The notes: a model not told the origin generated them from the sequence alone. Counted from the stretch's first letter, positions 1 to 8,902 are shown. The stretch: 29,398 bases of DNA from a virus (IMGVR_UViG_3300005286_000499:1-29398); one strand, 5' to 3'. Numbers and translations: made by a program.

Positions 1-330
1 ATGCCTGAGAAACAGCCCATATCTGGGCAAAAACAGTCCAAATACGGCAACCAGATCACCGAGGCCGAGGGGAAGAAGTTCGCCTCTAAGAAGGAGGCGG
101 CCAGATACCTGTCCCTTCGCCAGGACCCAGAGGTTACCGACCTGGAGTGCCAGGTCCGACTCCCCATCAGGATCAACGGAATACTCGTCTGTACCTACGT
201 CGCGGACTTTCGATACAGGCACAACGGAGAGGTCGTGATCGAGGACGTGAAGGGTTACCGCACGGACACCTACCGCCTCAAGAAGAAACTGGTCAAGGCG
301 GCGCTGGGCATCGAAATCATGGAGTCCTGA
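1..330 (+). CDS. DUF1064-family phage endonuclease-like protein (PD-(D/E)XK fold)
   Basis: SKYGN..FASKKEA.RY, YVADFRY and IEDVKG..T..Y.LKKKL motifs are characteristic of DUF1064. Confidence 0.85.
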   Translation: MPEKQPISGQKQSKYGNQITEAEGKKFASKKEAARYLSLRQDPEVTDLECQVRLPIRINGILVCTYVADFRYRHNGEVVIEDVKGYRTDTYRLKKKLVKAALGIEIMES

Positions 331-548
331 AAGATTTTTTCAGCCGCCCGAGGCCCTTTTTCGGCCTTCTAAGACCGATTTCTCGCTTATGTCGGCACAT
401 TAGGCACGGCCCTGAAGAAATCACTCTCATAGCAAGCAGGTGCGTCCTCTTCGGAGTTTGTAGAAGATAATTGTTCGTTCCTTACAGTAGCCATTCAGGG
501 AGGCAGCAATGCCTCCCGTTTTCTATGGGACGGACAGGAGGAACGCAC

Positions 549-1040
549 ATGCAAATTACGTTGACAAATGAAGACATGAAACTGGCCCGTGAATTGGCCC
601 AGACACGACGCTCGGAGAGCCGATCTAAGGGCCTCCATGATTACCGCTATGACCGCTCGAAATCGGGCGAGGATGTGGATTACCTGGGTGCCCTGGGCGA
701 GATCGCCCTGGCGAAGGCGCTGGGCGAGGACCCTGCCCTCACCGAGGGTACTTTCAAGGCTGCCGATCACGTGGACCGATGGGAGTTGCCGATCCAGGTC
801 CGTGCCACGGATCGACTCGATGGCCGCCTGATCATCCGATCTAACGATGATCCCGACCACTGGTATGTCCTGGTAACCATAGATGGTCCTGTTGCAACTA
901 TCGGTTGCATGATCGACGGCAAATCGGTGCAATCCAGGGAGGCATGGCGCGGCCCTGCCAGGGATGTCGATGACGTGTACTGGTTCGTGCCACGTGGCTC
1001 GGGCATGGAGATCAGCCACTATCTGAGGCTCAGAAATTAG
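549..1040 (+). CDS. Phage hypothetical protein, possibly a degenerate PD-(D/E)XK nuclease fold
   Basis: AGGAGG RBS precedes the ATG at 549 (preferred over the TTG at 471). GALGE..A..LG, D.V and IQVR pattern. Confidence 0.55.
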   Translation: MQITLTNEDMKLARELAQTRRSESRSKGLHDYRYDRSKSGEDVDYLGALGEIALAKALGEDPALTEGTFKAADHVDRWELPIQVRATDRLDGRLIIRSNDDPDHWYVLVTIDGPVATIGCMIDGKSVQSREAWRGPARDVDDVYWFVPRGSGMEISHYLRLRN

Positions 1041-1196
1041 GTTCGTGACGGGCCAGGCCAATATGGATTCCTGGCCTGTTTCTTTTGCCTTTCGGCTCAT
1101 TCCTCATGAGGACCAAGAAAATGCCCGAATCGGGAAGAAAACAGGCCGATTCGGGCACCTGAAAAGCATCGACAGGCCCCGATTTACAAGGCCCCT

Positions 1197-1236
1197 TACG
1201 TGTGCGTGTACGCGCGTGTGTGCGTGTATACGCGCG
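1197..1236. repeat. 40-bp perfectly alternating purine/pyrimidine tract
   Basis: tacgtgtgcgtgtacgcgcgtgtgtgcgtgtatacgcgcg read directly from the sequence. Confidence 0.9.
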
Positions 1237-1250
1237 GATGCGCGTGTCAT

Positions 1251-1649
1251 GCGCGATGACGGTCATATAGACGATCTATCTACCGTCGTTCAATGGTCAT
1301 TCGACCGATCCGCGTGACGGTCAAGACTATATTTTCTAATTTTTGGACCCCTATATAAAGGCCCTTATGAGGTCTTGACCATAGAACTGACATCAGTACC
1401 AAGATAACTCTATGCGGTCTATATGATCGTAATGACCGTAGGGAATGGAGATCATATAGACCGCATTGACCATCACGTAGTGATGGTCTGTATAGACTCT
1501 ATAAGGTCTTGACGGTCATCGCGCGTATACGCGCGTGAGGGCAAGGGCCTGATGTCCCGCTACGGCTGACGCCTTCGCGGTGATGGTCATGGCGCTGGCT
1601 GTTCGCCTCCGCTACGCTCCGTCTCACATCGGCGCTGCCATGACCGCCA
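1251..1649. repeat. Cluster of TGA(C/T)GGTCA-type repeats and nested inverted repeats around an AT-rich core (candidate origin or operator array)
   Basis: TGACGGTCA at 1257, 1315 and 1510; TGATGGTCA at 1581; its reverse complement at 1467; near matches at 1481 and 1641. Perfect 17-bp inverted repeat 1412-1428/1450-1466, hairpin 1468-1488, 16-bp palindrome 1520-1535, AT-rich 1328-1360. Confidence 0.75.
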
Positions 1650-2106
1650 GGAGGTTGGTCCTGATCCATGTCGTAGATTCAGCCGACAGCGGAATCCCTT
1701 GATCCTGGTGGATACAGCCCCGATATTTCGTGCCCGATCAGGCCCTTTTTCTGGCCGATTCGGGCACTTTTTATGTCCGTATGGCTGATTTCCCATCAGG
1801 GCTACGAAACAGCCCGTACAGGGCAAATTCTGGCAAGTCGCCCCGTGGGGTCAAGACCACCATCACAGCCTCCTTCCTTCCCTACCGACTCCGACCGAGC
1901 AAAGCGAGGGAGGATCAGGCCGAAGGCGTGGAACACGCCGAGGCCATATCAGGACCACTGAATGGGGGCGCGGCTGGCGGGGCGCAAACGCGGGGCTGGC
2001 GGCAGCCGTAGCGCTGCCAACGGGGCGGGAAATTTGGCAGAGAAGGCCGATTTCTTGGCCGACACGGGGAATGCGTCGAATGCCAGAAGAAATCGGCCAT
2101 CGTCAC

Positions 2107-2733
2107 TTACTTAGGCACCGCCCGTTTCTTGCGGCTGCTCTCGTTAGTAGCAGTGATCAGGCAGGCTGTCAGGGCCTTAATATTCCTTTTGAACCATACC
2201 AGACCTCTTTCTACCTTTTCCACTTCATCAACAGTGATGTCGAGATGACGAAATTCCTTCGGGTGGGTGATCTGATCTCGAATATTTATGCCGTCCTTGA
2301 ATGCAGCAAAGTCGTCACCATCCGTATCAAGATGCAGCCCCTTATCAATATACTCTTTGTATATTGCGAATACGAACCTTAGATTCGTCAGGAGAGATAT
2401 CTTGGCGGACCTTTGGCTTATCTTGCCATTTTCCTTAACTGCAAACTCGATGTCATTGAGCGCGTTATGCTCTGCCGCAGACAGACTGAACAAAACCCTA
2501 TCAAAGTGCAGGAAGTTCTGCTTATAAAGCCATATCATGCCTTCAACGTAAGCATAAACAGCACGGACGTAGGCGCGTCGCGAAATAATATCCTGGTCAT
2601 CATTGATCAACTTCTCGAAACGAGTAAGTTCATCATTCATAGTGACTTCCATGTTGCGGAATGCCTTGAGTTCTTTAATTCGATCCGCCCCACGCGACGA
2701 CGATTCCGACAGTTCTTTGATGATTTTTTCCAT
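2107..2733 (-). CDS. HEPN-like protein (putative RNase/toxin)
   Basis: Helical-looking protein with RRAYVRAVYAYVEG and an RxxxxH motif (IRDQITHPK). AGGAGG RBS. Visibly lower GC than the structural genes. Confidence 0.65.
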   Translation of the reverse strand: MEKIIKELSESSSRGADRIKELKAFRNMEVTMNDELTRFEKLINDDQDIISRRAYVRAVYAYVEGMIWLYKQNFLHFDRVLFSLSAAEHNALNDIEFAVKENGKISQRSAKISLLTNLRFVFAIYKEYIDKGLHLDTDGDDFAAFKDGINIRDQITHPKEFRHLDITVDEVEKVERGLVWFKRNIKALTACLITATNESSRKKRAVPK

Positions 2734-2757
2734 TACGTTTCCTCCTACGTCAATTCC

Positions 2758-3345
2758 TCAAATGATGTGGTCGTGATCGAAGCGGGTCAGGAAGGCCGTT
2801 CGCCTCTCAACGTTGGCTGGGTCTTTGAGCATCTGGCAATACCCTCGAAAGTGGTTGATCAGTGTAGGGATGAACTGATGGACGTTGATCGCCATTATCT
2901 CCCTGTCAGGATCAATCTGTAGATCAGGAGCATTCACGTCGCCAGGGATTTCAACGCGGCTCAACGTGCCATGATACATGGCACATCGCGACCAGAAATA
3001 CAGGGTTTCCAGTGCCTTCTGCTGCCTGGGATCGGCTCGGTCGATCTGCGGATATATCAGGCACATACCGCGATAGAAATATTCATCCGATTGCCGTCCC
3101 GTGAAGCCGTGCCAATACTTCGCAATCGTCTCGGGATAGGCCATGACGATCTGGAGGGCCGCATAATTGGCATGGGCAACCCATTGGTCTGGGGTCGTTC
3201 CATCTGCATTGGTAATCTGCAAGGCGATGTTCAGATGCCAGCCAAAAATCTGATCGTGGAACAGATCAACCTTGTTCTCGATGAGGCTCAGGTCCCCGTA
3301 TCGACTCCTCAGTTTGCCAGGCCCAATATACGCGTCGTTTTCCAT
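2758..3345 (-). CDS. HEPN-like protein (putative RNase)
   Basis: LYFWSRCAMYHG contains an RxxxxH motif. AGGAGAC RBS before the ATG at 3345 favours it over 3387. 24-bp gap to the next HEPN-like gene. Confidence 0.55.
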   Translation of the reverse strand: MENDAYIGPGKLRSRYGDLSLIENKVDLFHDQIFGWHLNIALQITNADGTTPDQWVAHANYAALQIVMAYPETIAKYWHGFTGRQSDEYFYRGMCLIYPQIDRADPRQQKALETLYFWSRCAMYHGTLSRVEIPGDVNAPDLQIDPDREIMAINVHQFIPTLINHFRGYCQMLKDPANVERRTAFLTRFDHDHII

Positions 3346-3472
3346 GAACTTGTCTCCTGTGTCAGCCTGCCAGGATTGGCACAGCATGCTATATCGTCAC
3401 AGCCTTCTTCACTGCTAAAGGCCCCAAACTGGATGATATGCTGCCAGCGCCGTAGGTGGACAAAGTCAATAG

Positions 3473-3506
3473 AAAGGCCCCGATCTCCAACCAGATCGGG
3501 GCCTTT
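3473..3506. terminator. Intrinsic terminator, possibly bidirectional, downstream of the lipoprotein gene
   Basis: Perfect 14-bp stem aaaggccccgatct / agatcggggccttt with a 6-nt loop. Confidence 0.75.
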
Positions 3507-3527
3507 GTACTTTACGTTTACTTTCGT

Positions 3528-4025
3528 TTATTGCCGTTGCCAAACGTCGATTCGCGCACCATCGTTGTTATAGGAGAAAGTCATTCGATCTCCCGAGAAG
3601 GACACGTTGGTTGCCAATGCCACAGGCGGATCGACCACCTGAATCTCGCTACCTGTGAACTGGCCGTCCTCGTTACTGTCGATGGCGGTCTCCGTTGCCG
3701 TGACGGTCAACACACCGTTGGTGAAGGACCAGGTTCCTCGATCACGCCGAGCGTAGAAGTCCACGGTAGCAGGCTCGTTGTATTCCATTGTGCCGTTGCT
3801 CCGAATCACCACGATCTCGTTAGGGCCGCAGGAATCGACCTCCACGCCGTTGACTATCAGGCGGTTCGGACACGTCACGCTGGTCCCTGGGACACCCAGG
3901 GACACCTGCCTCCAAGTCCCGACCACATTACCGAAGTTGTTGCCTCCGTCATTACCCCCACCACCGCCACATCCTGCCAGTAGCGCCGCAGCAGCCAGCG
4001 CGGCCACACCAAACTTAATCTTCAT
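3528..4025 (-). CDS. Lipoprotein with a lipocalin-like beta-barrel domain
   Basis: Signal peptide II lipobox LLAG-C, Gly linker, VVGTW and RGTWSF motifs. GGAGGAG RBS. Confidence 0.75.
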   Translation of the reverse strand: MKIKFGVAALAAAALLAGCGGGGGNDGGNNFGNVVGTWRQVSLGVPGTSVTCPNRLIVNGVEVDSCGPNEIVVIRSNGTMEYNEPATVDFYARRDRGTWSFTNGVLTVTATETAIDSNEDGQFTGSEIQVVDPPVALATNVSFSGDRMTFSYNNDGARIDVWQRQ

Positions 4026-4133
4026 GTCTCCTCCCTTTCACCACCGCAATCTAAACAATATGATTGGGTGCTGGACAAGAAAAATCGAGAGAGGCGAATC
4101 TTTCTTTACTATCTGCGCAGACGAAGGGTGCGT

Positions 4134-4541
4134 TCAAGGCAGTGGCAGTAGTTCATCGCTTTGATTGACTTGCTGGCGTGGCGTGGGCACTGTGGTAACG
4201 GCGGGTTGCATCATTTTCGCGGAAACCCGTGGTGGCTCAGGCTTGGCAGACTGAGCCACAAGTGACCGATTGCAATAACGGCAGATTTGCGCTTCGGATT
4301 TCACATATTCAGCACAAAATGGACACTTCTTCACCTCGCCATCTTTGGCGGCTTTTCTGAGTGCGTTCTCTTCAAGCGCCCTTTTGTTTGAAGGGATGCA
4401 GACGCAGACAATTACCCCTATAGGGCCTAAGAGGAAGCCGAGGAGGAAGCCACCAGCGGGGCTGTTCTGCTTGCAACCTGCCAGAAATGCCCCGAGCGCC
4501 CCGCAGAAAATCCAAAGAAAGAAATATCCAAAAACATCCAT
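4134..4541 (-). CDS. Membrane protein with a zinc-ribbon domain
   Basis: Two N-terminal hydrophobic segments (including GFLLGFLLGPIG) and KKCPFCAE...CRYC. Confidence 0.75.
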   Translation of the reverse strand: MDVFGYFFLWIFCGALGAFLAGCKQNSPAGGFLLGFLLGPIGVIVCVCIPSNKRALEENALRKAAKDGEVKKCPFCAEYVKSEAQICRYCNRSLVAQSAKPEPPRVSAKMMQPAVTTVPTPRQQVNQSDELLPLP

Positions 4542-4682
4542 CTATTCGATCTCCAGAACAGAAATAGAGTTCTTTGCCTGGTAAATAATCGGTTGACAGG
4601 CGGCCAGGCTTTACAACGCGGAGCCGTAAAGTGGGGATCGAAACAAAAGCCCTGGCTCACTACCAAGGCTTCATTTTCTTAT

Positions 4683-4799
4683 TCAGCCCGTCGCCCAATA
4701 CATAAGGCCGACGCCGATCAAGGTCAGCATGCAGTAGATCAGGACGGTCAGGATCGAAAACAAGATCGTCCAGAGGCCATCTCCCAACCGCCTGTGCAT
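4683..4799 (-). CDS. Small 38-aa transmembrane peptide coupled to the endolysin (not in ORF track)
   Basis: ATG overlaps the amidase stop (TAATG). Translation MHRRLGDGLWTILFSILTVLIYCMLTLIGVGLMYWATG. Confidence 0.6.
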   Translation of the reverse strand: MHRRLGDGLWTILFSILTVLIYCMLTLIGVGLMYWATG

Positions 4800-5371
4800 T
4801 ACTGGATCATCTCGGCCACGGCATCGGCAATGGCCTGACAGACCGCCACTCTCACGTCCTTACGGAGCATCAGGACGCGATCCTGGGAATTGGAGATGAA
4901 ACCGATCTCCAGGAGGGCGGCGGGGCAGTTCATCCCGAACACGGCCAGTTTCCCACGGGCCGACTCGGACTCGGGCTTGACTCCCCGATCCTTCCACTCC
5001 TGGTCGAACGACCTGAACGCCTTGATCGCGGCGGCCTGGATCACCTTCGCCAGCGCCTTGTCGGCACCATCGCGGTAAAGGGTCTCCGTGCCTCGGGCCG
5101 AGGCCGACGCAGCGTTACAGTGAAGGCTGATGTAGAGGTCGGCACCCGCCGCGTTCGCGGCACTGATCCGCCTGGAGAGTTTGGCGTGGTCGGTATCCGA
5201 GGTTCGGGTCAGTTTGACCGTGAGGCCCTTCTGGACCAGGAGGAACTTGAGGGTTGCCGCCCAGGCCATCACGATCTTGGCCTCCGACTCGCTGCCTGAG
5301 ACCGCGCCAGGGTCGTATTTGCCATCCACGGAATTGGACCAGCCGTGGCCTGGGTCGATAACTATTAGCAT
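4799..5371 (-). CDS. Endolysin, N-acetylmuramoyl-L-alanine amidase (Amidase_3)
   Basis: IDPGHG, SESE, ISLHCNA and LLEIGFISN Zn-binding/catalytic motifs. Located at the end of the tail operon. Confidence 0.93.
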   Translation of the reverse strand: MLIVIDPGHGWSNSVDGKYDPGAVSGSESEAKIVMAWAATLKFLLVQKGLTVKLTRTSDTDHAKLSRRISAANAAGADLYISLHCNAASASARGTETLYRDGADKALAKVIQAAAIKAFRSFDQEWKDRGVKPESESARGKLAVFGMNCPAALLEIGFISNSQDRVLMLRKDVRVAVCQAIADAVAEMIQ

Positions 5372-5512
5372 TCGGGTGATCTCCTATCAGGGCCGAGAAA
5401 CAGGCCCAATCGGGGCGAAAACGAGGGGAATCTTCGAAATCTGGGGGAGAGAAATAGGGAGGAGGTAACCTCCTCCCCAAATGCCGCCCATGCCGTGCGG
5501 CAAACTGAGCGA

Positions 5513-8500
5513 TTACACCAGGCGATAGGCCAGATAGTCGCCTGGTGTGGTGTCGGGCACACACACGAATCGTGCGTAGCCGTTGGCCGCCAGAGTCACG
5601 TTTCCGCCGACCATGGTAGTGGTCGCCCCGCTCTCGATGGTGATGTTTCCGCCACTCAGGTTCTTCACGGAATACACCACGGCGTTGCCGCTGCTCGGGG
5701 CAAACGAGATATCGCCGCTGGTGGTCTGGAGGATGTACTGCTCGTGGCCGCTGATCTCCAGGCTGCCATTGAGGTACACGTAATGGCCTTCATTACTGCC
5801 GCCTCCCGAGGGCGGTGAGGCCCAGGCCCCATCGCCGCGCAGGAAGGTGCTGCTGGAAGGCGTTCCCGAGGCGTCGATCTTACTGATCCCGACCGCCGCC
5901 GCGCCGATCTTGGCGCTGGTGATCCCGCCATCGGCGACCTTAACCCTGACCTCCTGGCCCGAGGTGCCGACCGTGATGGAGGAATCCCAGGAGGCCACAT
6001 CCACGTCGCCCGTGAGGCCGTTGAGTTCGGTGACACCCGAGTAGGAACCTGGCACGGTGGTCACCACCGCGCCCTCACGTCCACCACCAGACCCGCCCGA
6101 AGCCGACGTAGAACCACCGCTGGCAACCGTAGAGTTGCGGCGGTTTCGCCTCTGGAGGTCTCTAATGATCGCCTCCACGGTCGGCTGTTCCCTTTCCATC
6201 TGGAGGTTGGTGGTGAGGATTCCCGCCGCCTCGATGGACTCCAGGACCCGCCTGATCGGCTGGACATCTCCCCCTGACAGGGTCGGGCCGTTCTTGCCCA
6301 GGAGTCTCACGGTCTGCCCTGGAGCGGGGACCATCTCCACCATCCCGACCAGGGTAACGGTCGGACGCTGCTGGACCTTCGCTCGGGTCCTGAAATACTC
6401 CCTGGCGAACTGGAGGGCATCGGCATACGCCGTGATCCCTTCCACGGACTCCAGCGCCCAGCGCGGCGGGAGGCTGTTCTCGGCCTCATAGAAGTCCTCG
6501 GAGGAGAACACATCGTCCTGGGTCGTGAAGGTCACCGTGTAGGGGCCGTCCCGCAAGTAGGGTTCGACCTCGGCGGCGGCATCACGGACCTCAAAGGCGT
6601 CGATCAGGACATCGGCATCCCCTCGGAAGGCCAGGGCGATCTGGGCCGAGGCGGGGCGTGTGGACTTGTAAACCGTGTAGGTGCTGCCGAACGGGCTGGT
6701 CTGGACATGATCCAGGTAGGCCGCATCGTAGGCAAAGGCATGGTCGAAATACACGTGGGTCCAGGCGGAATCACTCAGCGTGTCGGCGTCGATCTCATAG
6801 ACCTCGCCATCGCTGGCGTCCGTGTTGTCGGGGTTATACGCCTTGAGGGTGAGCAGCAACTTGCCGTGGGTGGTCACGCCAGGCGGCAACTTGAGGCGGC
6901 AGCCGATTCGGTAGTTGCCACGGGTCAGGATCGGCACCCTGGATAGCGGGATGAGTTGAACCTCATCCTCTTCGCTGTCGTCGGCCTCGACCTTCACCCG
7001 CACACAGTAGCCGCCGTCATAGGTGTCGGCGTCGTAGGCCCAATCCACGGAGAGGACCTGACCATCCCCCGAATCATCCGACCTCAGTTCCCAATTCTGC
7101 TGACGCAGGAGGGAGGCGTCGTAGAGGAGGATGTCGTCCCAGAGCAGTTTGCCCGAGACGCACTCGCCGCGAATGCGATACCCAGCCGCCGCCGAGGGGA
7201 CCTGGATCGTGTCCACGTACTTTTCCCACTGGACCGACGAAGGTGCCACGTCGATCTGGGTGTATCCAAGGCTCTCCGAACCGCCGCTGTCGCGCCAGTA
7301 AAGTCGAATCCAGCCCGTGGAGGCGGTGATCCCCTCCTCCCGCCTCACGTGAGCGCCGAAGGCCAGATAGCGTCCCTTGTCGGCGGCCTCCTCGATGGCG
7401 GCCACGTTATCCTCGGTCTGGCTGAACGCCTCGCCCGAGTTGTCGGTCTCGACCATATCCTGGCCGCTGTTGGTGTTGCCTTCGGACAGGCCGCCAGCCT
7501 TGTAGGAGGCACCGTCGTGGAGGGTCCAGCCCGAGCGATTCTCGAACCCAGGGTCTTCCAGGATGGAGTCGCCCGACTCTTCGGAGGCGGCGAACCTCAG
7601 TTTTTCAAAGGAGGCATTCTCCAAGAGGTTGGGGAAGCGTGGCGTCCCGCCCTGGATCGTGAGTCGGGTAATCGAGTCGGCGGTTCGGGCCGCGCCATCG
7701 GCGGCGGTCACGCGGCGGGAAGGAACCGCCCCGACGAGATCAGGGTCACTGGTAGACCCGAGAGGCCGCAGGAACAGGCGGTCTCTGCCCTGATCATCCA
7801 CGTCACAGCCCCAGACCGCTCGGTTGTCGATCTGCCGCATGAGGTCGGACAGCACATCCCCCAGGGGCTTGAGCGTGGCGTCCACGGCGTAGACCGTAAA
7901 GCCAACCTCCTGGAGGTCCGTGGTCAGACCCGAGAACTCGGGATTTCGGAGAACAAAGTCCCTTATGATCCGCCCGACCACCACGGAGATGTCCGCGCCA
8001 GCAGGCTCATAGTAAGACTTGTCGCACACGATAGCGCCGATCCGCTGCCAGAGGCCGTATCCGCTGACCACGACCTGATCGGGCGATCCCTTGGCCTGGG
8101 CAATCTCACTCACGAACCCGCGATAGCGGCGCAGACCTTCGACCCAGACATCCACCTGATCGTCCTGCTGGACCGTGAGAGAACCGAGTTCGGCGGTCAC
8201 GGTCAGACTGAACTGATCCATTCCGCCCTGGTCGGTCTGGCCCCAGGAGGCGGCAGTTATCTGACGGTGCGGGAGGCGGCGTCGAGCGCCGTTGGCGTCC
8301 CTGACGATCACCTGCCATTCGGCAACGGAATCGGGCGCTGCTGGCTCGGGCGTCGGTTCTGGGGCCTCGGCATAGGTGTATTCGTCGGTGGCCTCGTAGT
8401 CCGCGTAGAGGCGGAAATCTGACACCTGGGGAGAGAAACTGGCCGCGATCTCGGCACTCCCCACGTAGGTCCTGAGCAGCCAGTACCGCGCCGACACGGG

Positions 8501-8902
8501 GAAGGTGGCACCGAGGGTGTTGAAGTCGGCGTTGCCCCAGTCGTTGGTCCCCTCTTCCAGGAAGGTGTCTTCCTGGAGGGTCCAGGTCGTTCCGTCGTTG
8601 GACGAATAAACAATGAGATCGGTGAAGTTGATTCCCCCGTCGTCATCCTCGGGCAGACACACGAGCCGCGCCGTGGCCTTCGCCCGTCGCACATCTTGAA
8701 CGGAACCCAGGTCGTAGAGAATATCCAGCACGGATCGCGTGGAGTAGTCCGCGTGAGAACCCGCCACGTAGGTCGAGGTATCTCCGAGCGTGTTGTCCTG
8801 AACCGCGCTGGTGGTCAGGGAGAACGAGGCGGCACTCGGCACCGATCCCACGGGGGTCTCGATGACGTTGCGGTACTTCACGGTCAGGGGCACTTCGGGC
8901 AT
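5513..8902 (-). CDS. Large tail hub / receptor-binding protein with carbohydrate-binding-like domains and a C-terminal fibre-like segment
   Basis: Follows Dit. CBM-type starts NLLENASFE and SILEDPGFE. Fibre motifs VTELNGLTGDV and GTPSSSTFLRGDGAW. Pro and Gly/Ser linkers. Confidence 0.75.
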   Translation of the reverse strand: MPEVPLTVKYRNVIETPVGSVPSAASFSLTTSAVQDNTLGDTSTYVAGSHADYSTRSVLDILYDLGSVQDVRRAKATARLVCLPEDDDGGINFTDLIVYSSNDGTTWTLQEDTFLEEGTNDWGNADFNTLGATFPVSARYWLLRTYVGSAEIAASFSPQVSDFRLYADYEATDEYTYAEAPEPTPEPAAPDSVAEWQVIVRDANGARRRLPHRQITAASWGQTDQGGMDQFSLTVTAELGSLTVQQDDQVDVWVEGLRRYRGFVSEIAQAKGSPDQVVVSGYGLWQRIGAIVCDKSYYEPAGADISVVVGRIIRDFVLRNPEFSGLTTDLQEVGFTVYAVDATLKPLGDVLSDLMRQIDNRAVWGCDVDDQGRDRLFLRPLGSTSDPDLVGAVPSRRVTAADGAARTADSITRLTIQGGTPRFPNLLENASFEKLRFAASEESGDSILEDPGFENRSGWTLHDGASYKAGGLSEGNTNSGQDMVETDNSGEAFSQTEDNVAAIEEAADKGRYLAFGAHVRREEGITASTGWIRLYWRDSGGSESLGYTQIDVAPSSVQWEKYVDTIQVPSAAAGYRIRGECVSGKLLWDDILLYDASLLRQQNWELRSDDSGDGQVLSVDWAYDADTYDGGYCVRVKVEADDSEEDEVQLIPLSRVPILTRGNYRIGCRLKLPPGVTTHGKLLLTLKAYNPDNTDASDGEVYEIDADTLSDSAWTHVYFDHAFAYDAAYLDHVQTSPFGSTYTVYKSTRPASAQIALAFRGDADVLIDAFEVRDAAAEVEPYLRDGPYTVTFTTQDDVFSSEDFYEAENSLPPRWALESVEGITAYADALQFAREYFRTRAKVQQRPTVTLVGMVEMVPAPGQTVRLLGKNGPTLSGGDVQPIRRVLESIEAAGILTTNLQMEREQPTVEAIIRDLQRRNRRNSTVASGGSTSASGGSGGGREGAVVTTVPGSYSGVTELNGLTGDVDVASWDSSITVGTSGQEVRVKVADGGITSAKIGAAAVGISKIDASGTPSSSTFLRGDGAWASPPSGGGSNEGHYVYLNGSLEISGHEQYILQTTSGDISFAPSSGNAVVYSVKNLSGGNITIESGATTTMVGGNVTLAANGYARFVCVPDTTPGDYLAYRLV

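Noticed and set aside
891-901. GTTGCAACTAT, a partial match to the tandem motif
   Set aside because: The second half-site is broken and it lies mid-gene, not next to an RBS.
1030-1266. Minus-strand ORF with RAYTRTHARTRTR resembling a replication-initiator linker
   Set aside because: An in-frame TAG lies four codons upstream and no initiator domain is present. The peptide simply reflects the alternating purine/pyrimidine tract.
1251-1649. Possible CRISPR array or protelomerase (telRL) site
   Set aside because: The repeats are only 9 bp, irregularly spaced and in both orientations. There is no long single palindrome and no cas or protelomerase gene.
4593-4665. TTGACA followed by imperfect stems and a GATCGAAAC loop (possible promoter or tRNA-like element)
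   Set aside because: There is no correctly spaced -10 element and I could not build a cloverleaf.
6956-8422. 488-aa plus-strand ORF, and similar long ORFs at 13178-14290, 19709-20689 and 23863-25017
   Set aside because: These are antisense shadows of well-supported GC-rich minus-strand genes, with no recognisable motifs.
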